64,000 nucleotides of DNA from Minutocellus sp. GHC0000111 (lineage: Eukaryota), in contig OZ361256.1 in NCBI GenBank assembly GCA_977018835.1, positions 5,146,001-5,210,000 of the forward strand, given 5' to 3'. Below the pieces are notes generated by a model. That model had not been told where the DNA came from, made no database searches, and worked only from the letters and a program-made list of their open reading frames with translations. Positions 1 through 10,804 of the stretch are shown here, in pieces. The position numbers and the translations under genes are program-made. Each line of letters begins with the position of its first letter. Position 1 is the first letter of the stretch.

Positions 1-74
1 CGAGAGACAGTTCTCCAACCAAGCAAGCATGCAGAGGAAGTGCCGCGTCACATCATGGCTGTCAACAAACCCTA

Positions 75-1932
75 CGAAGTCGTTTCGCGAGAAATCGAGC
101 GCAGGGTCGGGACCAAAACAGCGACTTTTTGGGCCCGCAACCGCCTGAATCTTAGATCTACCGGCATTGAATACATGTACAATGCAAAGTACATGTATTG
201 CAGCAGCTAGTATCCAGATCTACAATCCAATCTAGTATTATTAAACACAATATAACTTAAAAGCACCGCAGGACTAATTATCCATGGTTGGATCAGCAGG
301 AGGAGGAGCGATAATTTTCCCATCTATCCGAACCATGCCATTTTCAGTCGGCCTGAAATCCTTTCGCACCCCAACATGAATGCCTTCACCGTTTCCAAGA
401 AAATCATTGTTGCCTTTTGCAACGATTACCTTCTTTGCAATTCTATGAGCCTGGATGTATGCCGATGCGATCTTCCAGTTTTCCAGCCCCATCCAAACTT
501 CCTCCGCTGCATCCCAAGTCTGATCCTCTGTCAAAACCTTCAGCCCCTCCCGATCGCGGCACAACATTGTATGCTGCTTTGACATGCAAGGGAAAACAGA
601 CAGATCAAGAACATTCATATGGGGCATTTGCGGGGCCTGAGGTTCCCAACGCCATCCCTTGTCCCGACAGTATCCTTCCACATATTCCACAAATTCAGTC
701 TCGGCATGGGGCCCAGCATTGTCGCCCTGGAAAATAGGGACATAGCCTTCAAACTTTCCACCAGGTCCGACCAAAGCCTCAACATCCGGAAACATCTTGT
801 TCTCAAATAAAGCTTTCAGTGGGAACTTGGGATTATCAAGGGTGCCATGGCTGCATCCAGTCACCGCGCAATCCACAAGGTGTAGATCGTCTTTCTTCCG
901 AACCACCGGGCCGCAATATTTGATTCTACCATCTGCCTGCCGCACCGCCTCCCTTACCATCTGCCTCGCAATTTTATGCGCCTGAGCCCGAAAAAGTCCA
1001 AGCTTGAACGCAATGCCGCCATTCTCAATGCTGTCAATAAAAGCCAAGGCAGTGACAGCCACCACCATGCACTTGTTGATGTGATTTCGGTGATATGCCG
1101 AGAAGGACCGAGGATCAATACCCAATTCTGCAACTTGCTTGGCATGCGATCGAAGAACCAAGCCCCAAAACCACTTCTCATCGAACATAACAAGGAGAAA
1201 CTTGCCACCGCCGAGCCCCCAATTGTTTCGGAATTTCCGCGCAAATGCCAAATGTTTCTCCATCTGATGTGTAGTAAGGAGAGGGATGATCCTTTCGGCA
1301 TAGTACCGGAACCCTTCCCGCGACATTATCCACCGCCGTATTGCCGAGTAGGAACACCAAAAGTTGACATCCACCTCCAGCTCCCGCCAAGATTCCCGAG
1401 GATTTCGTATCAGAGCATCAACAATAACATCTCGAATGTATGGCTGCATAGCCAGATGAGATCTCCTCTTCATCTCCCACATCGCCTTCTCAGATGCAGG
1501 TAGAGCACCATACGCCTTCATCCATCCCGAAAATCGTGCACCATGCTCTGCGCTGGACAGCACCGAATAGTCCACCTTTGCCTGCTCCCTGCACTTGGCA
1601 ATTGCAAAGAGACATGGTGCAGTATACCGCCGGGTCGCCGTTGCAAGATCGTCGATGACAGAACGGAAGGCGGCCGAATCAGATGAATCATCGGCACTCG
1701 TTGGGAAGCAGTATGCCGGTCCAACCAAGTGCGACGAACGCGTCCATTTGATTAGAGCCGCTGAAATCTAAAGTCTTATCCGAATTATTGTTTCACATGA
1801 AGATAAATCAAAATTAGAGTAAAAATAGCCATTTTCTTAAATATTTCAGCATGACTATTCTTCGAGGCTCTTTTCAATCCCCTCGAAAGCAGTCAAAAAC
1901 CGGGCGCTCGATTTCTCGCGAATCTGACCTCG
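75..1932 (-). mobile_element. Tc1/mariner-superfamily DNA transposon (plant-mariner-like), about 1.86 kb
   Basis: Imperfect TIRs: 75-102 cgaagtcgtttcgcgagaaatcgagcgc and 1904-1932 (reverse complement cgaggtcagattcgcgagaaatcgagcgc). Flanked by TA at 73-74 and 1933-1934. Encloses a transposase ORF. Confidence 0.88.
274..1728 (-). CDS. DD38D mariner-like transposase with N-terminal HMG-box-like segment
   Basis: Motifs FDEKWF, FQGDNAGPH and QAPQMPHMNVLDLSVF parallel plant-mariner DEKWF / QQDNAxPH / QPPNSPDxNxLDLxxF. 38 residues lie between the 2nd and 3rd Asp. The ORF has no ATG at its 5' end, so the start is uncertain. Confidence 0.85.
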   Translation of the reverse strand: MVGPAYCFPTSADDSSDSAAFRSVIDDLATATRRYTAPCLFAIAKCREQAKVDYSVLSSAEHGARFSGWMKAYGALPASEKAMWEMKRRSHLAMQPYIRDVIVDALIRNPRESWRELEVDVNFWCSYSAIRRWIMSREGFRYYAERIIPLLTTHQMEKHLAFARKFRNNWGLGGGKFLLVMFDEKWFWGLVLRSHAKQVAELGIDPRSFSAYHRNHINKCMVVAVTALAFIDSIENGGIAFKLGLFRAQAHKIARQMVREAVRQADGRIKYCGPVVRKKDDLHLVDCAVTGCSHGTLDNPKFPLKALFENKMFPDVEALVGPGGKFEGYVPIFQGDNAGPHAETEFVEYVEGYCRDKGWRWEPQAPQMPHMNVLDLSVFPCMSKQHTMLCRDREGLKVLTEDQTWDAAEEVWMGLENWKIASAYIQAHRIAKKVIVAKGNNDFLGNGEGIHVGVRKDFRPTENGMVRIDGKIIAPPPADPTMDN

Positions 1933-2141
1933 TACATGTAATAGATCAAGATATTGTTTGCAGTTTTCTAGAGTTAGATATTGATAAGGTCACAGTACGG
2001 TTGCAAATATGCACGTGAATGTGTTCATTTCTCTCATTCCTTGGCTGCTTGGCTGGCACGTTCAGACTCTGCCACAGCAGCAAGCAAATTGCTTCTTCAT
2101 GACGAACCCTTCTCATAAAAAGAAACTCCGCTCTGCTGCTG

Positions 2142-4192
2142 CTATGGGTAGTGACGCTAGTAAAAAAAGCACAAAATTTTGCAAAAATTTATTTTTTTCG
2201 TAGAAAACCTCGCACGCCATAAAAAACGTCTCCACCATGGGAATTTTTTCCGATGCTGCCGCTCGGCGAATTCCGCGTCCCTTGCCTTCATATGGCTGAG
2301 ATAGCAGGGACTTTTCATATGAGCCGCTTCCCCTCTCAAAGGGCTTTCGTGTGATATGAAAAGTCCATGCTAGTTCCACATCTTTCTCGAGATTTCCTCT
2401 CATCTTTATACACCCCATAAATGTTCGTTGAAACGGACGTTTCCGCGTAAAAAGCATGACGTTTTTTTCTCTTCAACCTCACAATCGAGGCAACTATCGG
2501 ATGGGCTCCACCATTCGCTCCCACAACCTCATTTCTTGGTACTTCTTCCACCAACTATCGTCAAAAGTATTCATTCGCACAACATTATGCGAATCTGCGA
2601 TTTTGGAGCTCCCAGCACATCTCGTGTTGTGCTTTTCCTGCACAACTCGGCAAAACGGCTTCTGACGACACCCTCTGCATGGCATTATTGACCCACGACC
2701 GACCTTTTACCCCAATCAATGTCGATATTTGCCTCCTAAATCTTCGTCCAATGAGATACAATGTACGCTTCTGATGCCGAACACAACTGTTCTGGATTTT
2801 GGGGTGGTTTGGCGTTGCTGCATCTGCGGCGGTCGGACGGCGTCGACTCTCCACGACCGCCCAACCAAGAGGGACATGCAGCATGGATGTACCGAGAGCA
2901 GATGCCCAATCTGGCATTATATTCTTCGACGAGATATGGTATGGTGTGTTGCCAAGAGCGTGTTTGTGGTCTGGGTGATGGAAACATCGGCACCGGCGCA
3001 ACGATTGTCACTTCGTTACGGGGGAGCAGAATCGCTCTGTGCTCCCTTCCCACAAAAGCAAGAGTAGTAACGAAGATGCCAATTACCCATCCATCGTGAT
3101 TCCGACCCTACCACACAGTGTTCGATATTAAAGATCATTGGCCATCGACTGGAGACGATCGCATTCGTTTCCGGCGTGCAGAAAAGGGAGGAGGAGTGCC
3201 GGTCCTTTCGGAATTGAATGTCTTTCGTCCTCGTTCATTTGTTTTGATCTAAACTGCAAGTTTGCCACTCTCAACGCAGTAGAAAGCGATCGACACGACC
3301 GTGATGGCATTTTGGTAGCTCCTACTCCGTCTTGGGGCGGCGGAGGGGAAATGTATCGAGAGCAACGGTGAGAATTTGCAATCAATACCTTTTTGTTTAC
3401 GCAGAACAATAATTCATGTTTGTTCATTGCCTGTGGAAGGTGCTAGTTCGGCCACGACCGTATCCAAACTGCTCATTCGGTGGATTCATGTCAGAGATGG
3501 CATGACACATGGTTTTACTAGCTATTTAGGCGGTGTTGATGATGACAGAACGTCGTGGTGATGTGGTTGGGATTTCGTCAGGCCAGAGTGACGATGCCAG
3601 GTAGAAAGCTAATAAATGAAACCAAAGTTCGTAGCCAATATCTACTATTTGTGTACCAGGGGCGGCATAGACCCATCTTCTTATAATTATGATGATATAA
3701 GCCGTTTTCCGGATGATACGGGGCCATGTTTTAGATGAAGAATCAATTGCAATCTCCAGAAAACAGGTGGAAATCGGGCACTTCTGTATCTTCTTTATTT
3801 TTATTTACCAACACGTGATTTGAGGCCACTGAAGATATCAACGTATACAAATGGATAAGAGAAGGCATATGTGATGTATTGGCGGCATATCTAGATTCAG
3901 CATGTGGGGCATTGCTCCGTATCTTAATGAGCAAATTGGCTCGAGGGGAAGAAATCGAATATGACAATTTCGTATTTACAAATATGAAAAATATTTTTTT
4001 GAATATGGAAAAAGAAACTTCGTTCTTCCATCGTATAAGATGTGTCCCTTTCCAGAGGCCGAACGGCAGTGAGATACAAAAAGATGTCGAACTATGATTA
4101 ACTCAACATAGTGTAGAGTAGTTTGGTGGGGTCAGTTGTCATGAATTGCATTTTGGTAGCACGGTGAATTTTACTAGCGTCACTACCCATAG
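2142..4192. mobile_element. Non-autonomous TIR DNA element (about 2.05 kb) inserted in a (CTG)n tract
   Basis: Perfect 25-bp inverted repeat gctatgggtagtgacgctagtaaaa at 2141-2165 and 4169-4193. Flanking direct repeat is ctgctgctg (2133-2141 / 4193-4201) or gctgctgc, depending on the boundary chosen. Internal 13-bp inverted repeat at 2308-2320 / 2354-2366. No long ORF. Confidence 0.8.
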
Positions 4193-4367
4193 CTGCTGCT
4201 GCTGCTCCATTTCGGACGGCACCACGGCACCAAGTCACACAATTGGACCGTGTGTGGCTGGGACGCCTACTTATGCCGGACCTTCGGCACTGCGATACTG
4301 GCACCACACCCTCCTCATCGGTGGATACACCCCCGGCCCACTACAAGGCCTTCTGCGATAGCTTTCC

Positions 4368-6632
4368 ATGAAGCGCTTGTTCAAGAAGAAGAAAAGCCGC
4401 CGCAGCTCGAGCGAGGCAGAGCAGGATGTACCACCGGCACCACCTCAAGTCCACGGCGTCGGTTTTGTGTCCGACTATGAGCAAGTGGCCAGTGCCAACG
4501 ATAAGGTCCTCGCAATACTTGGTGTTCACGACGGCCCGCCAGCCGGAACTGGAACGCCGGCAAGGCGGTATTCTGCCTCGGCATCTAGCATGCTGGATGG
4601 CTCCCAGGACAGCAATCCAGACCGAAGGTCAACGCTCACGAAGGAGGCGTCCCGACAATCACTCCACAAGACGGTAGCTCGGGGGCTCGGCCTGGGTGGG
4701 CGGAAAAAGTCAAACGAGAGGGCCTACAGCGGCAGTACAAATCTAACGTCGGTCAAAACGTCCGACCATCTGATATCGTCCGATCATAACAGTGATAATG
4801 CAAGGAAGAGAGGAAGTCGAGGTGGTGACAGCCAGCGCGATATTGAGCACGAGCGGTCACTTGGCCTGCCGGTCGAGTCGTCCGATGATCAGCCTGTCTC
4901 GATGATGAGAAGAACTCAGATAGATCATACGCAGCTTCTTTTTGAGACCAACTTTGAGGAATTTGCCATGAAAGAGCGACTGAAGGATTGGGCCAGCTCA
5001 TTCCGCCGGACCGACCCTCGATACCAAATACTCAAATACTTCAATGATGTCGCCACTAGCGGTGTAGACAACATTGAGGAGGACGGAAACGTAACACGCG
5101 CCGAACTCTTGAGTCCGATCTTGGCCATGTGGCGACGATGTGCGGCATTTACGGTTTGGCGCCCGACATCTACTGAGGCAATCCAAAAGATGATGCTCGG
5201 CCGTGGCACAGGCAAGGGCCTCAACATCAAAGGAAAGAGTGCCAAGGGCGGAGACTTGAGTGGCTACGTCCCCTTCGTGCAGATCAACGATGACAATCAC
5301 AAATCTTCCATTAAGATCCTTCCAAAAGATGCGGAAATTCGAATCTTTTACCGCAAGAGAGAAATTCGAGATGAGGCCGCAGAGAGTCTTCGTGAAATTT
5401 CCAAGCAGATGTCCGAAGCTGTCAAGGAGGCGAAGAAAGTACTGGAGGGCGAAGCATCGACACCGGAGTGCAGCAAAGAGGAAGCCGAGAGGCGGTTGAC
5501 ATGGTGGGATGCATCCAACACGGACGTTGCCCTTATCGATGATTATGCCAGCAACAAAGGCTGGGGACCATTCGCCAAATCCTTTGGAGTGGAGATATCC
5601 GAAAGGCTAATGTGGGAGGCTTTTGTGTGCAGACAAGATATTACACGAGAGGCCGGGTCAATCTACGACACTGGGAGGCGTTCAGAGCCAGCCTTCCAGG
5701 ACATGAATTTTGGTTCTACTCGTGTGTGCAAAAAGGGTGACCCAAGAACAGTGATTTGGCAGCACTCCGACCCCAAAAAAGGACAGGGTCCTCTCGAGCC
5801 CCGCACCCTCTTGGTCGCCTACGAGGAGAACAGGCTTGTCCTACCTGTAGTGTCAGACTTTGATTGCTTCCTCGTTGGAACTCGCGCGGTGCAGTTCGAG
5901 AAGCCCATTCCCAATGAGCAAGTAGATATGCTGAACTGGTGCATCGATAATATAGAAGGAGTCCTCGACGCGCCGGGATCTGATCCCTGGTCCAAGAGAT
6001 GGCTCGATGTGCTGAAGAAGAATAAGCCAACAGGCAAAGGTGCTCACATTCCTCGATTTGGATATGGAGATCCCAAAACTTATTCTATTATGGAATGTGC
6101 GGTGGGAAGGTTGGGCCAATCTGGCGCTGTCCGTCACGGAGCCGAATGTTTCAACTACTATTTCCCGCAAGACCTTGACGACGAGTACTTGGTCATTCTT
6201 GGTGATGCTGACGCAGGAAAGGTACCCTGGATATACGTTAACGAAGAACAACTCCGCGATCTCTTGTGCGAAAAGATCGACCAAGGCTTCACATTCCCTC
6301 TCAATCCGAAGTGGGTTCTGTGTGACCCTGGTTGGAAGAAAGTCTATGATAAGCTCCTCCTCAGTCAGAAGAGCAATGTGCAGGCCTCTCTTGATTGCTG
6401 GTACCCGCCAGAATCTGGCATACGAGAGAGAATTGAGTCTATCTACAACAAGCATCAAGTTGGATTTGGTATATTAGGCGAGGATGGCATGTCGAGTCCA
6501 GCACCGCGACGACCCCGCTTTGAGAGGAGGCAAGAGGCCGGCACAAGACACCTCGAACTGGAATTGGAGGAGCTTCAGCTGTTGAATGAATTAGAAGAAG
6601 AGGACGGCGAGGAGGAAGAGGAGCAAAACTAA
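4368..6632 (+). CDS. Class II (edema factor/CyaA/ExoY-like) nucleotidyl cyclase-like protein, 754 aa
   Basis: WRPTS...GKGLNIKGKSAKGGDLSGYVPF (5211-5276), PVVSDFD (5844-5864) and VRHGAECFN (about 6129-6155) match EF motifs FRPVN...TKGLNVHGKSSDWGPVAGYIPF, PLTADYD and VNHGTEQDN in order. Confidence 0.75.
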   Translation: MKRLFKKKKSRRSSSEAEQDVPPAPPQVHGVGFVSDYEQVASANDKVLAILGVHDGPPAGTGTPARRYSASASSMLDGSQDSNPDRRSTLTKEASRQSLHKTVARGLGLGGRKKSNERAYSGSTNLTSVKTSDHLISSDHNSDNARKRGSRGGDSQRDIEHERSLGLPVESSDDQPVSMMRRTQIDHTQLLFETNFEEFAMKERLKDWASSFRRTDPRYQILKYFNDVATSGVDNIEEDGNVTRAELLSPILAMWRRCAAFTVWRPTSTEAIQKMMLGRGTGKGLNIKGKSAKGGDLSGYVPFVQINDDNHKSSIKILPKDAEIRIFYRKREIRDEAAESLREISKQMSEAVKEAKKVLEGEASTPECSKEEAERRLTWWDASNTDVALIDDYASNKGWGPFAKSFGVEISERLMWEAFVCRQDITREAGSIYDTGRRSEPAFQDMNFGSTRVCKKGDPRTVIWQHSDPKKGQGPLEPRTLLVAYEENRLVLPVVSDFDCFLVGTRAVQFEKPIPNEQVDMLNWCIDNIEGVLDAPGSDPWSKRWLDVLKKNKPTGKGAHIPRFGYGDPKTYSIMECAVGRLGQSGAVRHGAECFNYYFPQDLDDEYLVILGDADAGKVPWIYVNEEQLRDLLCEKIDQGFTFPLNPKWVLCDPGWKKVYDKLLLSQKSNVQASLDCWYPPESGIRERIESIYNKHQVGFGILGEDGMSSPAPRRPRFERRQEAGTRHLELELEELQLLNELEEEDGEEEEEQN

Positions 6633-6749
6633 ATGTACTAAACTTATTCGTCACAACTTGTTAAGATTTTCTGGCCGTTGGGTTTCGCTGTTGCCTGCCT
6701 CCTAGCTAGCACGTAGCGGTGTTAATTCTTCTGCTGATTTTTAAGACGC

Positions 6750-7955
6750 TTATGTTATGTTTGCACGTACGAGTTCGTAAGCTTTGTGACTATTCGCAAA
6801 CGCCAAAATATCCGCCAGTTTGGGACCAATACCGGTGATTTCCTTAAGCCCGTGGGTCCCTCGAGGGACAATTCCTCCGAATCTACTGCACATCTCTTTT
6901 GCAGCCTTGACGATATGCTCGGCTTTGACATTGGCAAACAGAATTGAAGGGATTTGCTTTGCAATTTCTTTTGGATCAGCCCTTGAAAGATTCTTGGCAT
7001 TGAGGGCGCCCCCATCGACCGCATCTTCCTTCTCACCAAAATACTTTCGCAAATTATCCATCGCTGCGCGAACGATTGGCTCTCTCGATTGCGCATGGAG
7101 CCGTGCAGCAACCAGAACTTGAAATCTTCGTACTTCGAGCGATTCATTCGGATCGCCTAGCGACTGCCATTTCGCTCGAATCTCTTCTTGCTGTTCTTTT
7201 GGCAACTGGCAAACAGGAACATAATCATTGCCGTCGCATTTGTTTTTCGTCGAGGTTCTGCGTCTCTTTTTATAATCCTTCTGCTTTCCCTGTGGTATGT
7301 TCTTGCTACCATTCTTCTCTGTGCTTCGTTCCTGAGTAGGTACATCGAGTGTGGAGATGGGCCTCTTAGGTTTGTCATTCCTCTGTCTCACAGGAGGCGC
7401 ATCGCCACTGCCAAAGGCAAACGAAGCAAATGGATTCAACACATCGGTACTGCTCGTAGTAGGGATCGCATTGGATTCACCAGCATTGGCTTCAGTGTTT
7501 GTCTCATCCTCACTTGGAATCTCAGCATTGCAACCATCAATGTTTCCGTTCTCGGCAACGTCTCTGGCTGCATCGTCCTTTGCATCGTTTTCCTTCACTA
7601 AGGTGTCTTCTCCGGGCATTTCAATGTGTTGATGTTCTGGTGCTGCGTCCAACTGTGCGAGTATCTCCGGCATTGGTGCTGTTGTTTGTGCTTGTACCTT
7701 GGCGTCCACTTTCCGCTGATCACCCTCTGCCTCGTCGTCCTCCTCCTCGCTATCATCAATGTCAATGCAGACAACGTCACTACCGCCGCTCTTAGCACTA
7801 GCCACGCCCCGGGGAAATATTTGCCAACCGTCTTTGTCGAGTTCGATGCCATCAACTGCCATTACTGACTCATCTTTGCTGCCGTCCTCGTTCTGTTGTT
7901 TTGGTGGCCCATCCGCGCACTTTGCAGGGGCAAAGAATCGACTAATTCCTGACAT
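6750..7955 (-). CDS. HhH-GPD (endonuclease III/NTH1-like) protein, C-terminally short
   Basis: RRFQVLVAARLHAQSRE, FANVKAEHI and HhH motif LKEITGIGPKLA, after a long acidic disordered N-terminus. Ends about 20 aa after the HhH. Start placed at MSGISRFF. Confidence 0.75.
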   Translation of the reverse strand: MSGISRFFAPAKCADGPPKQQNEDGSKDESVMAVDGIELDKDGWQIFPRGVASAKSGGSDVVCIDIDDSEEEDDEAEGDQRKVDAKVQAQTTAPMPEILAQLDAAPEHQHIEMPGEDTLVKENDAKDDAARDVAENGNIDGCNAEIPSEDETNTEANAGESNAIPTTSSTDVLNPFASFAFGSGDAPPVRQRNDKPKRPISTLDVPTQERSTEKNGSKNIPQGKQKDYKKRRRTSTKNKCDGNDYVPVCQLPKEQQEEIRAKWQSLGDPNESLEVRRFQVLVAARLHAQSREPIVRAAMDNLRKYFGEKEDAVDGGALNAKNLSRADPKEIAKQIPSILFANVKAEHIVKAAKEMCSRFGGIVPRGTHGLKEITGIGPKLADILAFANSHKAYELVRANIT

Positions 7956-8621
7956 TATTGAGATCCTAATGCATTGGCGCTTGATGCCGTGATAGTCAAA
8001 GCCAACAGCCATTCAGAGTACCGGCATGTTGCGATGTATGTTGCCTGCCTGTTGACCTGCCAACTAACTGCCAACTCAACTTGACCGACGACGATGATGC
8101 CAATGACATCAGAAAGAAAGAGCATTGGCCTTGGAGAGAGCTCGGAGTGAAAGTACGGCGACTTCCGCACGAGATTAGGGTCCTTGGTAGGACGTCAAAC
8201 TCGTGAGACAAAATTCACAAGGACGGCGAAGAATCGATGTCGAAGACAAAGATGGAAGGATACACCTTCCCCGTAGAATGAACGTTGATATGTCGCAGAC
8301 AATAAACCGTAAAGAGAATAAAGTAAACGAAGAGAGAAGATCTGACTATTACTAGTCGATCCGTAGATTCCTGCTTGTCTAGTACAAAGTTGGCTTTGCA
8401 AAGTTGACAAAAACTAAAAAAATTATGATGCGAGAAAGACGAGACGATTGTGCTGATCCAAGACCGACTCCGCCTTGGATCGGCGATCTTGTAGCGATCT
8501 TGGATTGTTTCATCTACGATACTACTGAGCCAAGCATGCTGTACTTTGTACAGTATCAACGCTCAACGCGCTACTTGTCTCGGGCAGCTGAACTGAGATA
8601 CCGTCGTTTCTGTTTGTGCCA

Positions 8622-8679
8622 AAATGACAACAGAAAGAAACATCGGCTTGCAAATGACAACAGAAAGAAACATCGGCTT
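8622..8679. repeat. Tandem repeat, 30-bp period, 2 copies
   Basis: aaatgacaacagaaagaaacatcggctt at 8622-8649 and 8652-8679. Confidence 0.9.
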
Positions 8680-9172
8680 CTCCAACTCTCGGCTCGCTCA
8701 TCGGCATCAGGACATCATCATTTACAATAGAGCTGCTCCTTGCTGGCGGCTTGTCGCTCACTCTCGTGGACTTGGCTGCTGCCCAGGAGGGAGTCAAAGC
8801 TAACGAACATGGTTTTGATGGTGGCCATCGGCGCCGCCGCGTATACATGTAAGTGATGGCATTTCTCTGTCCATTAATTCAATACGTGCTGGCGCACCGG
8901 CGTGCCATTCTCTCATCCATTTGGCAGGGGCTTTTCTATCCCTGCGTTCATACTTGTAACTCACCTCGTTCAACTGAACTCACTCAAATGATAATGGTTG
9001 ACCAGACGCCAACAAGAATAACGGCGGGGTTGGTGGCGATGGGGACTCTTCTAGCCTGCCCCCGGCCGAGCCTCTTGAACCTGAGTTCCTAGCGACCCTA
9101 AAGCCGATCAACCTACTGCCCCTGGAGCGTACGCTGACTCTCTTTGAAGCTCCCAATGCTACGATAACTTTC

Positions 9173-10699
9173 ATGGATGGCTCGCCTCAGGTTGCCACCG
9201 ATTGGCTCCGTTCGCGAGTCAGTGAGGTTGTTTACCGAAATCCGTGGCTCGGTGGATATCTCGGCAAAGACAAGAGCCGTGGTGGGGCAGTGTCGTTGTT
9301 TTATGACCCTTCGAGTCATGAAGTCAACACTGATGTATTTACCTCGTTCGAGCCAGGAACTATTGAATTGACCCGAGAAACCAAATGCGAGGAATTTGGG
9401 GAGGTATTTGCAGGTCATGATGTGGTTGTGAGATGCAATGCTGATTTGGTAGGTCGGAATCAGCCCATCTTTCGTGTGTGCGTCATTCCAGATGCAAAGG
9501 AACCGAACGATAAGTTTGCTCTCGTTGTCAGTTTGTCTCATGTGGCTGGCGATGGTTACACGTTTCATAAGATTTTTAGATTCCTATCGACGGATTGCAA
9601 CACGACTGATATCGAGGAAATGAATCCCATTCGAAAGCGTGAATTCACAGAAGCAGTTTACGATCTATGCGGTAGTGAGGAAGCATTCTACGTCGATAAA
9701 ATCTCAAGGTCTCCCATTTGGTCAGCGTTCACAAAACAGGATGAGACTGTGATTGTTAGGGCGGCTTTCTACATAGATGAAAGTTGGGTCGAGGGCCAAA
9801 AGGAGGCCTGGGAGAAAATGTCTAGGATGGAAGAAGCGGAAAAGCTTTTGCTTGGCAATGATAGTGCCAAAGACACAAAAACAAATTTGCCCCCCCTCGG
9901 TGAAGATGATGAAGTGACTTCTGATGGTGATCAAGACATACCCGCACTGTCTACTCAGGCGCCATCCAAACCAAAGCCACTGCCGACCAACTTCAAAGTT
10001 TCCTTTGCTTCTCACCAAACCGCTTCGCACATTACAACGAATGATATTATTACAAGTTGGTTCTTCAGGATGTGTGATGCAACTATCGGCCTTATGCCCT
10101 TCATGCTTCGTGAACGAATTCCACAATTCAAATCAGTAGACGCAGGCAATTATTCCATCACGATACCCTTTCCTCGAAAGGACTATCATTCTCCGATGCT
10201 AATTCGCGATGCGCGGCCCACGGGGCGTCGGGTTAATACCGACATACCACTTCCTCCTCATAGAGCAGAAAACCGTTATGGGATTTCCATCGATTGGAGA
10301 GGAGTAGGATTCAAAAGGGGCGGGCTGAAGCTAGGACCAAAGGGCGAATGCAAGCAGGTGTTGCATTTGCCGTGTTATCAGTCGCAGGACTACAAGTATA
10401 TCCCCAAAAACTTCAGTTCCATTCACCTTTTCAATGCCGGACCTGATGGGGAACCAGCTGTTTCTGTTGTCTGCCCAGATTTTGTCATGGAGCGCGTGCT
10501 TCAATCAGGAATTGTCAAAAGCATGATTAATGAAGGACAGATCAGTACATGTGAGCAAGATACGTTTGTCGAAGCAGTTGTTGAGGCGAAGGAGGGTAGG
10601 CGTACAAGCGTTTTTGCTGGTTTGCTAGACCCTGAAGCTGCCAAAGCCCTCAATGCTGCAAGCGTTCTCAGCACTATCGCCGATGAAGATGCAGAATAA
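9173..10699 (+). CDS. CoA-dependent acyltransferase-fold protein (HxxxD); 5' end probably further upstream
   Basis: 508-aa ORF with LSHVAGDGYTF (HxxxDG). The frame stays open upstream of the Met (KPINLLPLERT...), suggesting unresolved upstream exon(s). Confidence 0.65.
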   Translation: MDGSPQVATDWLRSRVSEVVYRNPWLGGYLGKDKSRGGAVSLFYDPSSHEVNTDVFTSFEPGTIELTRETKCEEFGEVFAGHDVVVRCNADLVGRNQPIFRVCVIPDAKEPNDKFALVVSLSHVAGDGYTFHKIFRFLSTDCNTTDIEEMNPIRKREFTEAVYDLCGSEEAFYVDKISRSPIWSAFTKQDETVIVRAAFYIDESWVEGQKEAWEKMSRMEEAEKLLLGNDSAKDTKTNLPPLGEDDEVTSDGDQDIPALSTQAPSKPKPLPTNFKVSFASHQTASHITTNDIITSWFFRMCDATIGLMPFMLRERIPQFKSVDAGNYSITIPFPRKDYHSPMLIRDARPTGRRVNTDIPLPPHRAENRYGISIDWRGVGFKRGGLKLGPKGECKQVLHLPCYQSQDYKYIPKNFSSIHLFNAGPDGEPAVSVVCPDFVMERVLQSGIVKSMINEGQISTCEQDTFVEAVVEAKEGRRTSVFAGLLDPEAAKALNAASVLSTIADEDAE

Positions 10700-10804
10700 C
10701 ATGAATATAGGGTTTATAACGAATACCTGCACATTAAAATCAACATTAGCTGCTAGCTCGTACAGTCCGGAATTAATTTTGAATGCCCTTCTGCTCGATT
10801 CTCG

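Noticed and set aside
8622..8679. 30-bp repeats here and at 49920 read as a CRISPR array
   Set aside because: Only two copies, no spacers, no cas genes, eukaryotic context.
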